From contig CAXXWC010000008.1 in assembly GCA_963668645.2 (NCBI GenBank), forward strand, positions 110,153 to 174,152: 64,000 nt of DNA, read 5' to 3'. Below the pieces are notes generated by a model, which saw only the letters and a list, made by a program, of their open reading frames with translations, made no database searches and was not told the DNA's origin. Positions 18,164 to 30,056 of this stretch are shown here, piece by piece (positions within the stretch are counted from its first letter, which is position 1; every line of letters begins with the position of its first letter). A program made the translations under genes and the position numbers. The stretch comes from Desulfobacterales bacterium (lineage in GTDB: Bacteria; Desulfobacterota; Desulfobacteria; Desulfobacterales; UBA2174).

Positions 18164-19585
18164 ATGGCTCTGGATTTTCAGCTCGACCAGGCGTTGGCCG
18201 CCGAAGACTACCGGTTGATCTTCCGGTCGATCCTCGAACATTCACGGGACGGCCTTTTTGTGACCGACGGCCAGGGAAAGGTGGTGATGGTCAACCGGGC
18301 CACAGAACAGATGTTCGATTTTACGGCAAGCGAAGTTCTGGGGCACAACGTGCTCGACCTGGTGCGCGAAGGGTACTTTGCCCCTTCCGTGTTCCCCCTG
18401 GTACTCGAACGCCGGCGGGCGGTCACGATCATTCAAAGCGCCCGCAGCAATCGGAAAATTCTGACTACCGGGGTGCCGGTTTTCGACAGCCACGGCGCCA
18501 TCCGTTTCGTGCTGGTCAACGACCGGGACGTCTCGTCGCTCAATCGGACCCTCGCCGCCCTGGAGACCGAAGCCCCGGCGGCCGGCCCGATCCGCTGCCA
18601 CTTTTCCCAGGCCGAGGACGTGGCCTCCGAACTGGAGGGCCTCGTGGTACGCAGCCCGCAAATGGCGGTGGTGCTGCAAACCGCCATCCGGGCGGCCAAG
18701 TTCGATATCCCCCTGGTGCTCACCGGTGCCTCCGGGGTGGGCAAGACCGAGATCGCCGGACTGATTCACCGGCTCTCCGAGCGTCGTTGCGGCCGTTTCG
18801 TGGACATCAACTGCGGGGCCATTTCCCCCAACCTGTTGGAGTCCGAGCTTTTCGGCTACGAAAAAGGGGCCTTTACCGGGGCCGCGCCCAGAGGCAAGCC
18901 CGGAATGGTCGAGGCGGCCGACAAAGGGACCCTGCTTCTTGACGAGGTCGGAGAAATCCCCCTCCCGTTGCAGGTCAAGCTGCTCAAGTTCATCGAAAAA
19001 AAAGAATTTTACCGGGTCGGCGGGGTCCGTCCGGTCCCCCTGGACGTGCGCATCATCGCCGCCACCAACCGCAATCTCGAAGAGATGGTGGCCAGCGGGG
19101 CGTTCCGGGAGGATCTTTTCTTCCGGTTGAATGTCGTGCCGATTCACATCCCCGCTCTGGCCGAGCGCAAAGAGGAGATCCTGCCTCTGGCCGAATTTTT
19201 TCTCGAACGCTTCAACCAGGAGTTTTCTACCCGCAAGGTCCTTTCCAAGAACGCCATGGCGATTCTGGCCGAATACCGGTTCCCCGGCAATGTCCGCGAG
19301 CTGGAAAATCTCATCAAGCGTCTGGTGACCATGACCGAAGGAGACCAGATCCAGGCCCGCGATCTTCCGGCCATGATCCGGGCCGGCATGCCCGGGACGG
19401 CCGGATCCGGACCAGAGGGCAGCGATTTCCAGGAGGCGGTGGCCGTCTTCGAGGTCCGGCTCATCGAAGAAGCGGTCAACCGGTACGGCAGTCAACGCCA
19501 GGCGGCCAAATCCCTGGGGCTGAGCCAAGCCACCTTGTCGCGCAAGCTCAAGCAGAAAAAACCCGCCATGATCGTCGATCCCTGA
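18164..19585 (+). CDS. sigma54-dependent activator (PAS-AAA+-Fis HTH)
   Basis: PAS N-terminus, GASGVGKT, ESELFGYEKGAFTGA, FREDLFFRLNV, PGNVREL, C-terminal HTH. Confidence 0.95.
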   Translation: MALDFQLDQALAAEDYRLIFRSILEHSRDGLFVTDGQGKVVMVNRATEQMFDFTASEVLGHNVLDLVREGYFAPSVFPLVLERRRAVTIIQSARSNRKILTTGVPVFDSHGAIRFVLVNDRDVSSLNRTLAALETEAPAAGPIRCHFSQAEDVASELEGLVVRSPQMAVVLQTAIRAAKFDIPLVLTGASGVGKTEIAGLIHRLSERRCGRFVDINCGAISPNLLESELFGYEKGAFTGAAPRGKPGMVEAADKGTLLLDEVGEIPLPLQVKLLKFIEKKEFYRVGGVRPVPLDVRIIAATNRNLEEMVASGAFREDLFFRLNVVPIHIPALAERKEEILPLAEFFLERFNQEFSTRKVLSKNAMAILAEYRFPGNVRELENLIKRLVTMTEGDQIQARDLPAMIRAGMPGTAGSGPEGSDFQEAVAVFEVRLIEEAVNRYGSQRQAAKSLGLSQATLSRKLKQKKPAMIVDP

Positions 19586-19807
19586 AGACCTTCGGACAAA
19601 CCGCGTCACGGTTTTCCTGAAGCCGGTGCTGCTCAGCCGGAGCCTGCCCCCGATCAGTCTGATTCATTTGCGGCCGTTTTTCCCTGCCGTGACGCAGATA
19701 TGGATCAGTCCGATCTTGCCTCGTGCTGCTTGAGAAGCCCGGTGGTTCACACGATTTTCCTGCTATCCCGATGAGTTGGTGTCCATGGCCGCGCCTTTGG
19801 CCGGTAC

Positions 19808-19822
19808 TGGCACGTCCTTTGC
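19808..19822 (+). promoter_or_regulatory. sigma54 promoter
   Basis: TGGCACGTCCTTTGC (GG-N10-GC) upstream of ATG 19879, beside a sigma54 activator gene. Confidence 0.85.
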
Positions 19823-19878
19823 CAGAGCTTCGGTGTCAGAGAGTCTATCGGCAACCCAAACCAAGACGGAGCCCTGGC

Positions 19879-22324
19879 ATGTCTCTTTCTATTCCTTCCC
19901 ATGCGCGGATCGTCATCATCGGCGGTGGCATCGTGGGCTGTTCGGCCGCCTATCATTTATCCCGGCAGGGGTACACCGACGTGGTGCTTCTGGAACGCAA
20001 GGAACTGGCCTCGGGGACGACCTGGGCCGCGGCCGGGCTGCTGGCCCAGTTGCGCCAGAACCGGGAGATGACCAACCTGGCGCGCTATGCCACTGAGCTG
20101 TACGCCACCCTCGGCCAGGAGACCGGGGTGGAAACCGGGTTCGTGCGCACCGGCGCCCTCGGGGTCTGCCAGACCGATGACCGGCGCCGCGAATGGCTGC
20201 GCGGTGCGGCCATGGCCAAGGCCTTCGGGGTCGAGATGGATGAAATTTCGCTGGCCGAAGCAGCCGCCATGGTGCCCGGGATGAGCACCAAGGGGCTGGT
20301 AGCGGCCTTCTACCTGCCCGGCGACGGGCAGGTAGATCCGGTCGGCACCACCCAGTCTTTGGCCAAGGGGGCCCGCAACCGCGGGGCCAAAATCGTGGAA
20401 AACTGCCCGGTCCTGGATGTTGTTGTGAAAAACGGCCGGGCCTGCGGCGTGCGCACCGCCCAGGGGGCCATCAACTGCGAGACCGTGGTTTGCTGCGCCG
20501 GGATGTGGAGCCGCGCCATCGGCCGGCGCATCGGGGTGAGCCTGCCGTTGCACGCCGCCGAACACATGCATGCGGTCACCGTGCCCATCACGGGTCTGAA
20601 CAAGCATTTTCCCACGGTGCGCGACTTCGACGGGCGCACCTACTTCAAGGAAGAATCCGGCGGAATCCTCTTCGGCGGGTTCGAGAAGGTCGCCAAACCC
20701 TACGGGATGAAAGGGATCCCGGAAATCTGGAAGTTCACCGAGTTGGCCGAGGACTGGGCCCAGTTCGAACCGTTCATGGAATGCGGTTTCGAGCGCTTTC
20801 CGGACCTGGAGACGGCCCAGATCCGGCATCTCGAGGTCTGCGCGGAGAGCTTCACCGCGGACAACGCCTTCATGCTGGGCGAAGCGCCGCTGGTGGCCAA
20901 TTTCTTCGTGGCCTGCGGCATGAACTCGGTGGGCATCGCCGGGGCCGCCGGCGCCGGCCGCGCCATCGCCCAGTGGATCGACCAGGGCTACCCGGAAGAA
21001 CAGCTCTGGCCGGTGGACGTGCGGCGTTACTTCTCCTGGCAACAGAACGGGCGCTATCTGCACGACCGGATCGTCGAATCGGTGGGGATCCTCTACGAGC
21101 AGCACTATCCCAACCGCCAGCGCGCCACGGCCCGCCCGGTGATCTGCTCGCCCCTGCACGACCGGCTCAAGGAGCATGGGGCCTGCTTTTCCATGCTCGC
21201 CGGCTGGGAGCGGGCCGACTGGTTCGCTCTCGCGGGCACAGAGGCCGTTTACAAGTATAGCTGGGGCCGGGCCAACTGGTTCGGACACCAGAGGGTCGAA
21301 CACCTGGCAGTGCGCGACGGGGTGGGGGTTGTACGACCTGACCTCCATGGGCAAGCTTCTTGTTCAGGGACGCGATGCGCACCGGGTGCTGCAGCATCTT
21401 TGCGCCAACGATATTTCGGCCGTACCGGGGGCGGTGGTCTACACCCCGGTGTGCAACGCGCGCGGCGGGTTCGAGTCGGACATCACGGTCACCTGCCTGG
21501 CGCCGGACCGCTTTTTCATCGTGACCGCCGCCGGCACGGTGGTACGCGACTTCGACTACATCCAGCGGCGCATCGGGCCGGACGATCAGTGCACCGTCAC
21601 CGATGTCACCCACGGCTACGCCATGCTGGCGGTGATGGGACCCAAGTCCCGCGACCTGCTCCAGAACCTCACCGACACGGATCTTTCCAACGCGGCCTTT
21701 GCCTACGCCACGGCCCGCGAGATCGACTTGGCCTACGCCCGTCCCCTGGCGGTGCGCATGTCCTACGTGGGTGAACTGGGGTGGGAGCTGTACATCCCCA
21801 CCAATTTCTGCCTGCCGCTGTTCGACGCCCTCATGGATGCTGGCAAGGCCCTTGACCTGCACCTGGTGGGCATGCAGGCGGTCAACTCGCTGCGCCTGGA
21901 GACCGGCTACCGCCACTGGGAATCGGACATCACGCCGGACGACACGCCCTATGAGGCCGGCCTCGGCTTCGGGGTGAAGCTCGACAAGCCCGATTTCATC
22001 GGCAAGGCGGCCCTGGCAGCCCAGAAACAAGCAGGGGTGTCGCGCCGGTTGGTGATGTTCTCCCTCGACGACCCCGAGCCGTTGCTTTACGGCAACGAGC
22101 CGATCTACCGCGACGGCCTCTTTGCCGGCACGCTCACTTCAGGGGCTTACGGGTTCAAGGTGGGGTGCGCGGTGGGGATGGGATACCTGACCCGGGACGG
22201 CGGGATCGATGCGGACTGGATCGAGGCCGGGAGCTACGAGGTCCTGGTAGAAGGACAGATGGTGCCGGCCGCGGTCCACCGGCGTTCGGTCTACGACCCG
22301 TTCAACCAGCGGACAAAGATGTAA
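19879..22324 (+). CDS. GcvT-family FAD-dependent oxidoreductase (dimethylglycine/sarcosine dehydrogenase-like), apparent +1 frameshift at G5 run 21324-21328
   Basis: IIGGGIVG, SGTTWAAAG; after the shift the folate-binding domain (SYVGELGWELY, SLRLETGY). Confidence 0.9.
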
Positions 22325-22361
22325 TAACCATGCCGTGCTATCAGATGACAGGAGACGATTT

Positions 22362-23168
22362 GTGCTGAACATCATCGTTTTGATCAAGCAGGTCACCGAC
22401 ACCGGCATCCAGTTGGAGATCGCCGACGACGGCGTCGGTATCGCGATGGAAGATGTCAAGTGGTCGCTCAACCCCTATGACGAGATGGCCCTGGAAGAGG
22501 CCTTGCGGATCAAGGAGCGATTGGACGACGTGACGGTGACGGCCGTTTGCGCCGGCCCCGAGCGGGTCGAAGAATCGCTGCGGGTGGCCTGTGCCATGGG
22601 CGTCGACGAGGTCATGCGTATCGACGACGAGACGGCACCGGAGGTTTGCGGGGCCGTGGACCCGTATACCACGGCCCGTATTCTGGCCGCCGCGCTCAAG
22701 GGCATCCCCTTTGACCTGATCATCACCGGGCAGCGGGCCGTGGACGACGACAGCTACCAGGTGCCGGCATTCGTCGCCCAGATGCTGGAGCTTCCGATGA
22801 TCGCTGCGGTCATCAAAGAGGAGATCGCCGCCGGCCGCATCTGCTGCGAACAGGCCACCGACGCGGGGACCCTGGTGCTCGAAACCAAGCTGCCGGCCCT
22901 GATCACGACCCAGAAAGGGCTCAACGAACCACGCTATCCGAACATGCGGGCCATCATCAAGGCACGCAAGCGGGCCATCGATGAGCGCACCCTCGAAGAG
23001 ATCGGCGTCGATCGGGCCACCGTGGGCGCAACCGGCGCACGGGTGAAGATCCGTGCCCTTCAATACCCGCCGAGCCGCGGCGGCGGGAGGATCATCGACG
23101 GTGCCACGGCCGTGGCCAAGGCGGCCGAATTGGTGCGTCTACTGAAAGAAGAAGCCCGGGTCCTTTGA
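22362..23168 (+). CDS. etfB: Electron transfer flavoprotein beta subunit
   Basis: IKQVTDT, LNPYDEMALEEAL, NEPRYP; GTG start with ggag SD. Confidence 0.93.
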   Translation: MLNIIVLIKQVTDTGIQLEIADDGVGIAMEDVKWSLNPYDEMALEEALRIKERLDDVTVTAVCAGPERVEESLRVACAMGVDEVMRIDDETAPEVCGAVDPYTTARILAAALKGIPFDLIITGQRAVDDDSYQVPAFVAQMLELPMIAAVIKEEIAAGRICCEQATDAGTLVLETKLPALITTQKGLNEPRYPNMRAIIKARKRAIDERTLEEIGVDRATVGATGARVKIRALQYPPSRGGGRIIDGATAVAKAAELVRLLKEEARVL

Positions 23169-23214
23169 ACCGGCATCAGCGCCGCCAGCCCGGCGGCAGG
23201 CAGGAGACAAGATC

Positions 23215-24182
23215 ATGACCGAAGGTGTGTTGGTCGTCACAGAACAGCATCACGGCGTATTGCGCAAGATATCCATCGAGGCGGCCTGCGCCGGCAAGCG
23301 CCTGGCCGAAAAGCTCGGCGAACCGCTGGAGGCCCTTGTGGTCGGCACGCCGGGGCAGGCCGCAGCCCAGCAACTGGGGCAGTACGGGGTCTGTGCGGTG
23401 CTGTGCGCCGCCGATGCGGTCCTTGCCGAATACGCGCCTTGCGAATATGCTCAGGTCGTTGCCGCCGTCGTGGCCCAGCGCCGGCCGCGGATCGTCCTTT
23501 TCGGCGCCGCCGGCCAGGGCCGGGAGCTTTCCGCCCGGGTCGCGGCGGGCCCTGTCGGCCGGGCTGGCCATGGGCTGCACCCGGCTCGACATCCAAGACG
23601 GCCGTCTGGTGGCCACCCGGGCGCTTTACGGCGGCAAGGTGATCGCCACGGTCGAGATCGAAGGCACGCCCCAGATGGCCGCTATTCAGCCCAACGTCAT
23701 GGAGATCGTCCCCTGCGCCGACCGAATGCCGGATCGAGACGGTCGCGGTCGCGGTGACCGCCTCCCAGGTGACGGTGCGCCAGCGAAAGGAGAACGCCAC
23801 CGGGCGCATGGACCTGACCGAGGCGGACACTATCGTGTCCGGCGGGCGTGGCATGGGCAGTGCGGATTTCAGTATCCTCGAAGCGCTGGCTGACCTTTTG
23901 GGCGGGGCGGTGGGGGCCTCGCGCAACGCGGTGGACCTCGGCTGGCGGCCCCAGAGCGACCAGGTGGGGCAGACCGGAAAGGTCGTCTCCCCCAAGCTCT
24001 ACCTGGCCTGCGGGATTTCCGGCGCCATGCAGCATGTCGCCGGCATCTCCACTGCCCAGACCATCGTGGCGGTCAACAGCGACCCGGATGCCCCGATTTT
24101 CAAGTACGCCGACTACGGGATCGTGGACGACCTGTTTCAGGTGGTCCCGGCGCTTACGCGCCAGATCCGAGAGCGGCGTTGA
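23215..24182 (+). CDS. etfA: Electron transfer flavoprotein alpha subunit, two apparent +1 frameshifts (~23548, ~23712)
   Basis: Three consecutive frames; C-terminal [32 protein letters not shown]. Confidence 0.88.
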
Positions 24183-24210
24183 ATCCGATACCGCCAAGGA
24201 GAAACCGCCG

Positions 24211-25871
24211 ATGCCCGATGTGACCACAGTCTACCCGGCCCGCAAGATCATCACCATGAACCCGGAAGACCCTGCCGCCAGCGCCGTGGCGGTGCGCCAG
24301 GGACGTATCCTGGGCGTGGGGCGCGCCGAAGATCTCGTGGGGTGGATCAAACGCTCCCCTTTCACGCCGGTGCGGGTGGATCCGACCTTCACCGGTAAAA
24401 TCCTCATCCCGGGGCTGGTGGACGCTCACACCCACCTGGAGGTCCAGGCCCTGATCTACAGCGGCCATTTTGTGGCCCAGATCCCCTGGCCCCGACCCGA
24501 GGGCGGATTTTTCCCGGTCTATCCGCGCAAAGAGGACGTCCTGGCACGCCTGGCGGAGCTGGACCACATCCTGCCGCCGGGCGAACTGCTCTACGCGGCG
24601 GCCTATGACGAGAACAAGACCGGCGCTTTTCTCCACGTCACGGACCTGGACCGGATTTCGACCCGGCGATCCATCCTGGTCTCGAACCTGGTGTTTCACC
24701 GCTTCTGGGCCAACAGCCATCTGCTGCACAAAGCCGGCATCGGCCCGGGCAAGATCCCGCAGGGGGTGGAGTGCGACGCCGACGGGCGTCCCAACGGCAC
24801 CCTGCTCGAAGCCCGGGGGCTGCTGCCGCTGCTGCCGGTCATTCCAGATCTGGCCGCCATCACGGCAGCCAAGGTGCGCCGCATCCTGCCGCTGTTTACC
24901 GCAGGCGGTTATACCACCGTCTGCGAGGCCGCCCTGGGAGGCTTCGGACTGGCGGCGGCGATCGACCTGTTCGCCAACCTGCTTGCCGACGACGCGGTGC
25001 ACCTGCGGGTCGTCGGCCTGCCCTTTTGCCCTGCCGATGCTGGCGCATCTGGGCTCCATGGAGGCGGTGCTGGAACACATCGCTGCCCACCGTCCGCCGC
25101 CGGGCGACAAGTTCCGCCTGGGGGCGGTCAAGCTCTATGCGGATGGCTCGATCATCTCGCGCACCGCTCCCATCGGATGGCCGGGGTACTGGGACGGGTC
25201 GCCCGAAGGGAGATGGCAGTGCCCGCCGGACCAACTCAAAAAGATGCTCATCGCCTGTCACTGTGCCGGCCTGTCCACCGTGACCCACGCCAACAGCCGG
25301 GCCGCCATCCAGGCCGTGCTCGACGCGGTGGCCGAGGCTCAGGCACGATGCTTTCGGCCGGACATGCGCCACCGGGTGGACCACGCCTACAACATGACCA
25401 CGGCCCAGTTGCGCCGGGCCGCGGCTCTGGGGGTGGCTGTCTCGTTCTTCACTCCCCAGATCTACTACTACGGCGATGATCATCTGGTATTGCAGGGACC
25501 GGACCGGGCCGGACAGATGACGCCCACCGCCACGGCCCAACGGTTCGGGGTATCCTGGGGGATTCACAACGACCCACCCGGCACCCCCCAGCTTCCCTGG
25601 GTCGGGCTCTGGGCCACGGTCCAGCGTATGACCAGCGGCGGGACCGTCCTGGGGGCCGGGCAGCGGATGACGGTGGCCGACACCCTGCGGGGCCATGACC
25701 ATTGAGCACGCCTACCAGCTACATCGCGATGACGAGGTGGGGAGCATCGAGTTCGGCAAGCGGGCCGACTTTTGCGTGCTGGAAGCCGATCCGCTGGAGA
25801 TGGATCCGGCGGATTTGAGGCAGGTGCCCGTGTGGGGGACCGTGTTTGCCGGCGAGCCGAACCCGGCCTGA
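24211..25871 (+). CDS. Amidohydrolase_3 (YtcJ-like) metallo-hydrolase, two apparent +1 frameshifts (~25025, ~25690)
   Basis: PGLVDAHTH, KLYADGS, HAN, HRVDH; final frame GSIEFGKRADFCVL ending at TGA 25869-25871. Confidence 0.85.
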
Positions 25872-26089
25872 GCTTTCCGCCGGCAACCGATCGCGATCGA
25901 TGATCGTGCCACAGGATTTCGAGGCATGCCGTTGTGCTCCTCGGTTGGCGTGACGCTCCGGATGTCGCTGGAATCCTGGATTTTATGCCTTGACAAGGAT
26001 TATGGCCGGTGTGTAGTTAGCATCAACTGATTAATGCACTGAGAAATAGTGCAGGCGCCGGTTCACCGGCGGACCCAAAAAATATTCGG

Positions 26090-26152
26090 AAAAAATGGCC
26101 AAGAAGGCTCTTACGGGAAAGTCCCGGGAGGGTCTGCTTGGCCATTTTTTTT
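26090..26152 (+). terminator. Terminator-like hairpin inside the leader of the TonB receptor operon
   Basis: AAAAAATGGCCAAG...CTTGGCCATTTTTTTT, downstream of TTGACA at 25990. Confidence 0.6.
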
Positions 26153-26246
26153 GTTGCGGCGACCGGATCGGCCGGCTCCGGCAGGGGGGGATTTCATCCC
26201 TGGTAAAGGGATCTGCCGGGATGCATGAAAACGGGATAGTTCCACG

Positions 26247-28386
26247 ATGAGGAGATGGAAGATGAAGAACTGCGCTGGTGACAGATCAAAAGAGGCAAGA
26301 TGTCGATTGCAGGCGGCGGGACGGATGGCGGCCTGGGGGGTTCTTTTCACCGTTGTGTTGTTGTTTTCTCCGATGAATGCAGCGGCGGGTGAGGAGGAAA
26401 AAGAGGCCACGGTACTGGAGGATGTCATCGTCACGGAGGCGCCCTACAGCAACCCGGTCACGCCGGTTCTCAGCCGCTACGGGACCCAGCACAACGTGGT
26501 GACCGAGGAGCAGATCGAGCGGCAAACCAACCTCGATTTCCAGTCCACCCTGCGCAACGTGCCCGGGGTGATGTTTCAGAGCAAGAACCTCATGGGCAGC
26601 CAGACCAGCCACAGTCTTTACATCCGAGGCCGGGGCGCCAGCCATCCCAGCTCCGATTTCGCCGTCGAGTTCGATGGGGTGCCTCGCTACGGGGCCCTTT
26701 TCGGCCAGGTGCTCGGCGACGGCATCGCGCTGTCCACCATCGGCGAGATAGAGGTGTTCAAGAGCCCGCAGCCCTCCGAGTTCGGCAACGGTTATGCATC
26801 GCTGAACATCCTGCCGAAGTACCTCACCGAAGAAGGCCAGCAGTGGGACGTTGATTTCAGCGGCGGTAGTTACGGTACCTTCGGGGAGAGTGTTTCCGGG
26901 GGCATGAAAAGCGGCCGCTTTGATTATTACGTCTCCCAGAGCTGGGCTTCCACGGACGGCCATAAGGATCACTCGCGCGCCCAGCAGCAAAACTACTATG
27001 CCAACGCCGGCTATCAGCTCAACGACGCATGGAATGTGCGCCTGCTGACCAACTGGGTCGGCAGCCAGACCGTGGCCCCCCGGCCGGATTCCATTCCCAC
27101 GGCCAGCAACGGTGTTTCATGGCCCGGTGCTGAGCGCTACGACACCGAGACCTTTCTGAGCACCCTCACCATCAACCACCATTACGAACATGTGGCCGGT
27201 TATCTGAAGGCCTACCTCAACGAAACCGATTTCGACCTGCTCCAGGAGCTCACCAGCGGCCAGCGGTACGCCGGAGGAACCGGCGGGCTCTGGTCCCGTC
27301 AGGAGATTTCGCTCTACGGGCTGCGGGGCAAGGAGACGCTGCACCTGTGGCCGGGTGGGGAAGTGCTGGTCGGTGCGGATCTGGACAGGAGTGAGTTGAA
27401 AAACACCCAGCACACTTACAGTGGCCTGGCCGTGGCCGGGATCAACGGCGGTCTGGCCGAGCGGAGCTGGGACTATCCGTCGACCACCCTGTTTTCCCCC
27501 CTATGCGGCGGCCAGTCAGTACATCGGCCGGGCGGAGGGTTTCCACCTCATTCCCTCGGCCGGTTTCCGCTATTACAACCACAGTGAGTTTGAAGACATC
27601 TCCTCGCCCCAGGCCGGGCTGGTGGCCGGCTACGCCAACACCGACCTGAATTTCAGCTACGCCCGGGGCGTCAACTACCCGACGGCAGTGGTGGTGATGA
27701 ACGCGGTGGTCTCCAATTCGACCATCACCGATCCGGCCGCGTGGTGGCAGAAAATCAAGCCCGAGGTGGTCGATCACTACGAGGTGGGAGTGACCCATAC
27801 CTGGCCGGAGCTGGCCTCGGTGAGCGTGACGGCGTTCAAGGACAAGGGCAAGGACCGTTTCCAGGCTTACATGTACGGCATGGTGCCGGCGGTCTTCAAT
27901 GATCCGGTGGGGCGCTATGAGATTCAAGGCCTGGAAGTTTCCGGTACCCTGAGCCCGACGGCCCGCATCGAGTGTTTCGCCTCTGGCACCTGGCTGGATC
28001 CCGAAGCCACCGGCAACAACGGTGTCGAATGTGATTATATGCCCTACACTCCCGAGTTTCAGTTTCAGGCCGGCATCAACTGGAAGGTGACCGAAACCGT
28101 ATCGCTCTACCTGGACATGCAGCACCTCCAGGATCTGTACCAGGGCACGGTGCGCCGCAGCAACACCCTCAACTATGCCCAGCTGACCGAAGCGGACAAG
28201 CTCAGCGACATTACCCTGTTCAACGCCCGCATCGCTTACAGCTTCGACTATGCCCCGATGCAGTTGAAGGGATCGGAACTGTTTCTGGCGGCCAACAACA
28301 TCTTCGATGAGCACTATGAATATGCCAAAGGTTATGAGATGCCCGGCGCCACGGTTTTCGCCGGGGCCAGTCTGAGGTTCAGGTAG
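26247..28386 (+). CDS. TonB-dependent outer membrane receptor, apparent +1 frameshift at C6 run 27496-27501 (start uncertain)
   Basis: TonB box LEDVIVT, plug LRNVPGV/IRGRG, C-terminal NNIFDEHYE...GASLRF. Confidence 0.9.
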
Positions 28387-28429
28387 GCCGGAGACGCAGT
28401 TTTTTCGCTGGACTGCAAAGGTGGACAAG

Positions 28430-29257
28430 ATGATCGATCGTTCAAGGTGTTTTGTTCGGGATGCAATCTTTGTGCTGGCCGCCGCGGTGGTTTCCCTGTG
28501 GGTCTCATGGGGGCAGGCGGCCGCTGCGCCGCGCACCATCGTCACATCGGATACGATTTTGGCCGGGATTATCGAAGCGCTCCTGCCGCCGGACAGGTAC
28601 CGCGTGGAGGCCATTTTGCCGCCGAACCAATGTCCCGGCCACTATGACATCAAGCTTTCGGACGTTCAAAAGACCCAGAAGGCCGCCTTGCTCGTTTCGT
28701 TTCGCGGCATGCCGTTCATGAAAAAGGCGTCCTCCGGCGGGGCCCAGCTCCTCGTCGATGCCGGGGGCCGCAACTGGATGCGGCCGGATGTCTACGTTGA
28801 CGGCTTGAATCTTCTGGCCGAGGAGCTGGCGGCCCGTTTTCCCCGGGACCGCGATGCCATCGCAGCCCGCCGGCAAGAGGCGATGGACCGGATAAACGCA
28901 GCGGCCGCCGCCCTTCTGGAAAAAATCAGGCAGGCCGGACTCCAGGGCCGCGCCGTGCTGGCTTCCCGGATGCAAAAGGAGCCCCTTGAATGGATGGGAT
29001 TTTCCGTCGCCGGGGCCTATGGCAGGCCGGAGGCCATCTCAGCGCGTGAAATCGTGCGGCTGACCATGGCCGGCCGGCGCTACCGGGCCGTGGCGGTGGT
29101 GGACAACCTGCAGTCCGGTCCGGATGCCGGCAAAGGGATCGCCGAAGCCTTGGGGGTGGTGCATCTGGTGCTGACCAATTTCCCCTCGGCCGAAGGCTAT
29201 CTTGCCACTCTGGAGGCGAATGTGGATGCTGTCTTGGCAGCACTGGCGGCAAAATGA
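28430..29257 (+). CDS. ZnuA-like metal ABC transporter substrate-binding protein
   Basis: Signal peptide, ILPPNQCPGHYDIK, cluster A-I-like organisation, operon context. Confidence 0.75.
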   Translation: MIDRSRCFVRDAIFVLAAAVVSLWVSWGQAAAAPRTIVTSDTILAGIIEALLPPDRYRVEAILPPNQCPGHYDIKLSDVQKTQKAALLVSFRGMPFMKKASSGGAQLLVDAGGRNWMRPDVYVDGLNLLAEELAARFPRDRDAIAARRQEAMDRINAAAAALLEKIRQAGLQGRAVLASRMQKEPLEWMGFSVAGAYGRPEAISAREIVRLTMAGRRYRAVAVVDNLQSGPDAGKGIAEALGVVHLVLTNFPSAEGYLATLEANVDAVLAALAAK

Positions 29258-29279
29258 TGCTGAAAGAGGCGATCAGATC

Positions 29280-30056
29280 ATGGGCGATGGCGTCCTGAAG
29301 CTGAGTGCAGTTACGGTCCGCAAAGGCCACCGGCTGCTGCTGGACGCCATCGACCTGAACGTATCGGCCAACGAACTGGTGGGGCTCATAGGCCCCAACG
29401 GCGCCGGCAAGACCACCCTGCTCAACGTCGTCGCGGGGTTCGAACGCTTCCACGGAGAGCTGGATCTCTTCGGCCGGCCGGTGGCCTGGAACCGGTCGCG
29501 TTCATTGCGGCTTCGGGTCGGCTACATTCCTCAGATGTTTCAGATCGATCCGGCCTTTCCCATCCTGGCCGGCGAGGCGGTGATGACCGGCGCCATCGGC
29601 CGCATCGGGCTGTTTCGCTCACCGGACCGGCAAACCCGCCGCCGGGCCCTGGAACTGATGGAGATGATGCGCGTTGCCCATCTGGCCGACCAACCCCTGG
29701 GGCAACTTTCCGGGGGCGAGCGGCAGAAGGTTTCCCTGGCGCGCGCTATCCTCCAGCGGCCGGATCTGCTGCTGATGGACGAACCGACGGCCAACCTGGA
29801 CATCGCCGTGCAAAAGGAGGTGCTCAACCTGGTGGACGCCATTCACCGCCGCGAGGGGTTGTCGATTCTGTTCGTCACCCACGATTTCAACATGCTGCCG
29901 CGCGCCATGCACCGCGCCGTGCTCCTGGACCGCGGCCGAAAAGTTTTCGATGGCAGAATCGAGGAGGCCCTTTCCGGGGCCGTGCTCAGCCGGCTGTTCC
30001 GTTACCCGCTGGAGACCTTCGAACGCAACGGCAGGAGGTTTGTCTCCTATGGTTGA
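29280..30056 (+). CDS. Metal ABC transporter ATP-binding protein
   Basis: GPNGAGKTT, LSGGERQK, LMDEPT, VTHD. Confidence 0.92.
   Translation: MGDGVLKLSAVTVRKGHRLLLDAIDLNVSANELVGLIGPNGAGKTTLLNVVAGFERFHGELDLFGRPVAWNRSRSLRLRVGYIPQMFQIDPAFPILAGEAVMTGAIGRIGLFRSPDRQTRRRALELMEMMRVAHLADQPLGQLSGGERQKVSLARAILQRPDLLLMDEPTANLDIAVQKEVLNLVDAIHRREGLSILFVTHDFNMLPRAMHRAVLLDRGRKVFDGRIEEALSGAVLSRLFRYPLETFERNGRRFVSYG

Noticed and set aside
21324..27501. Programmed ribosomal frameshifting or phase variation
   Set aside because: The runs are short, lack slippery-heptamer context and fall in ordinary enzymes; sequencing error is more parsimonious.
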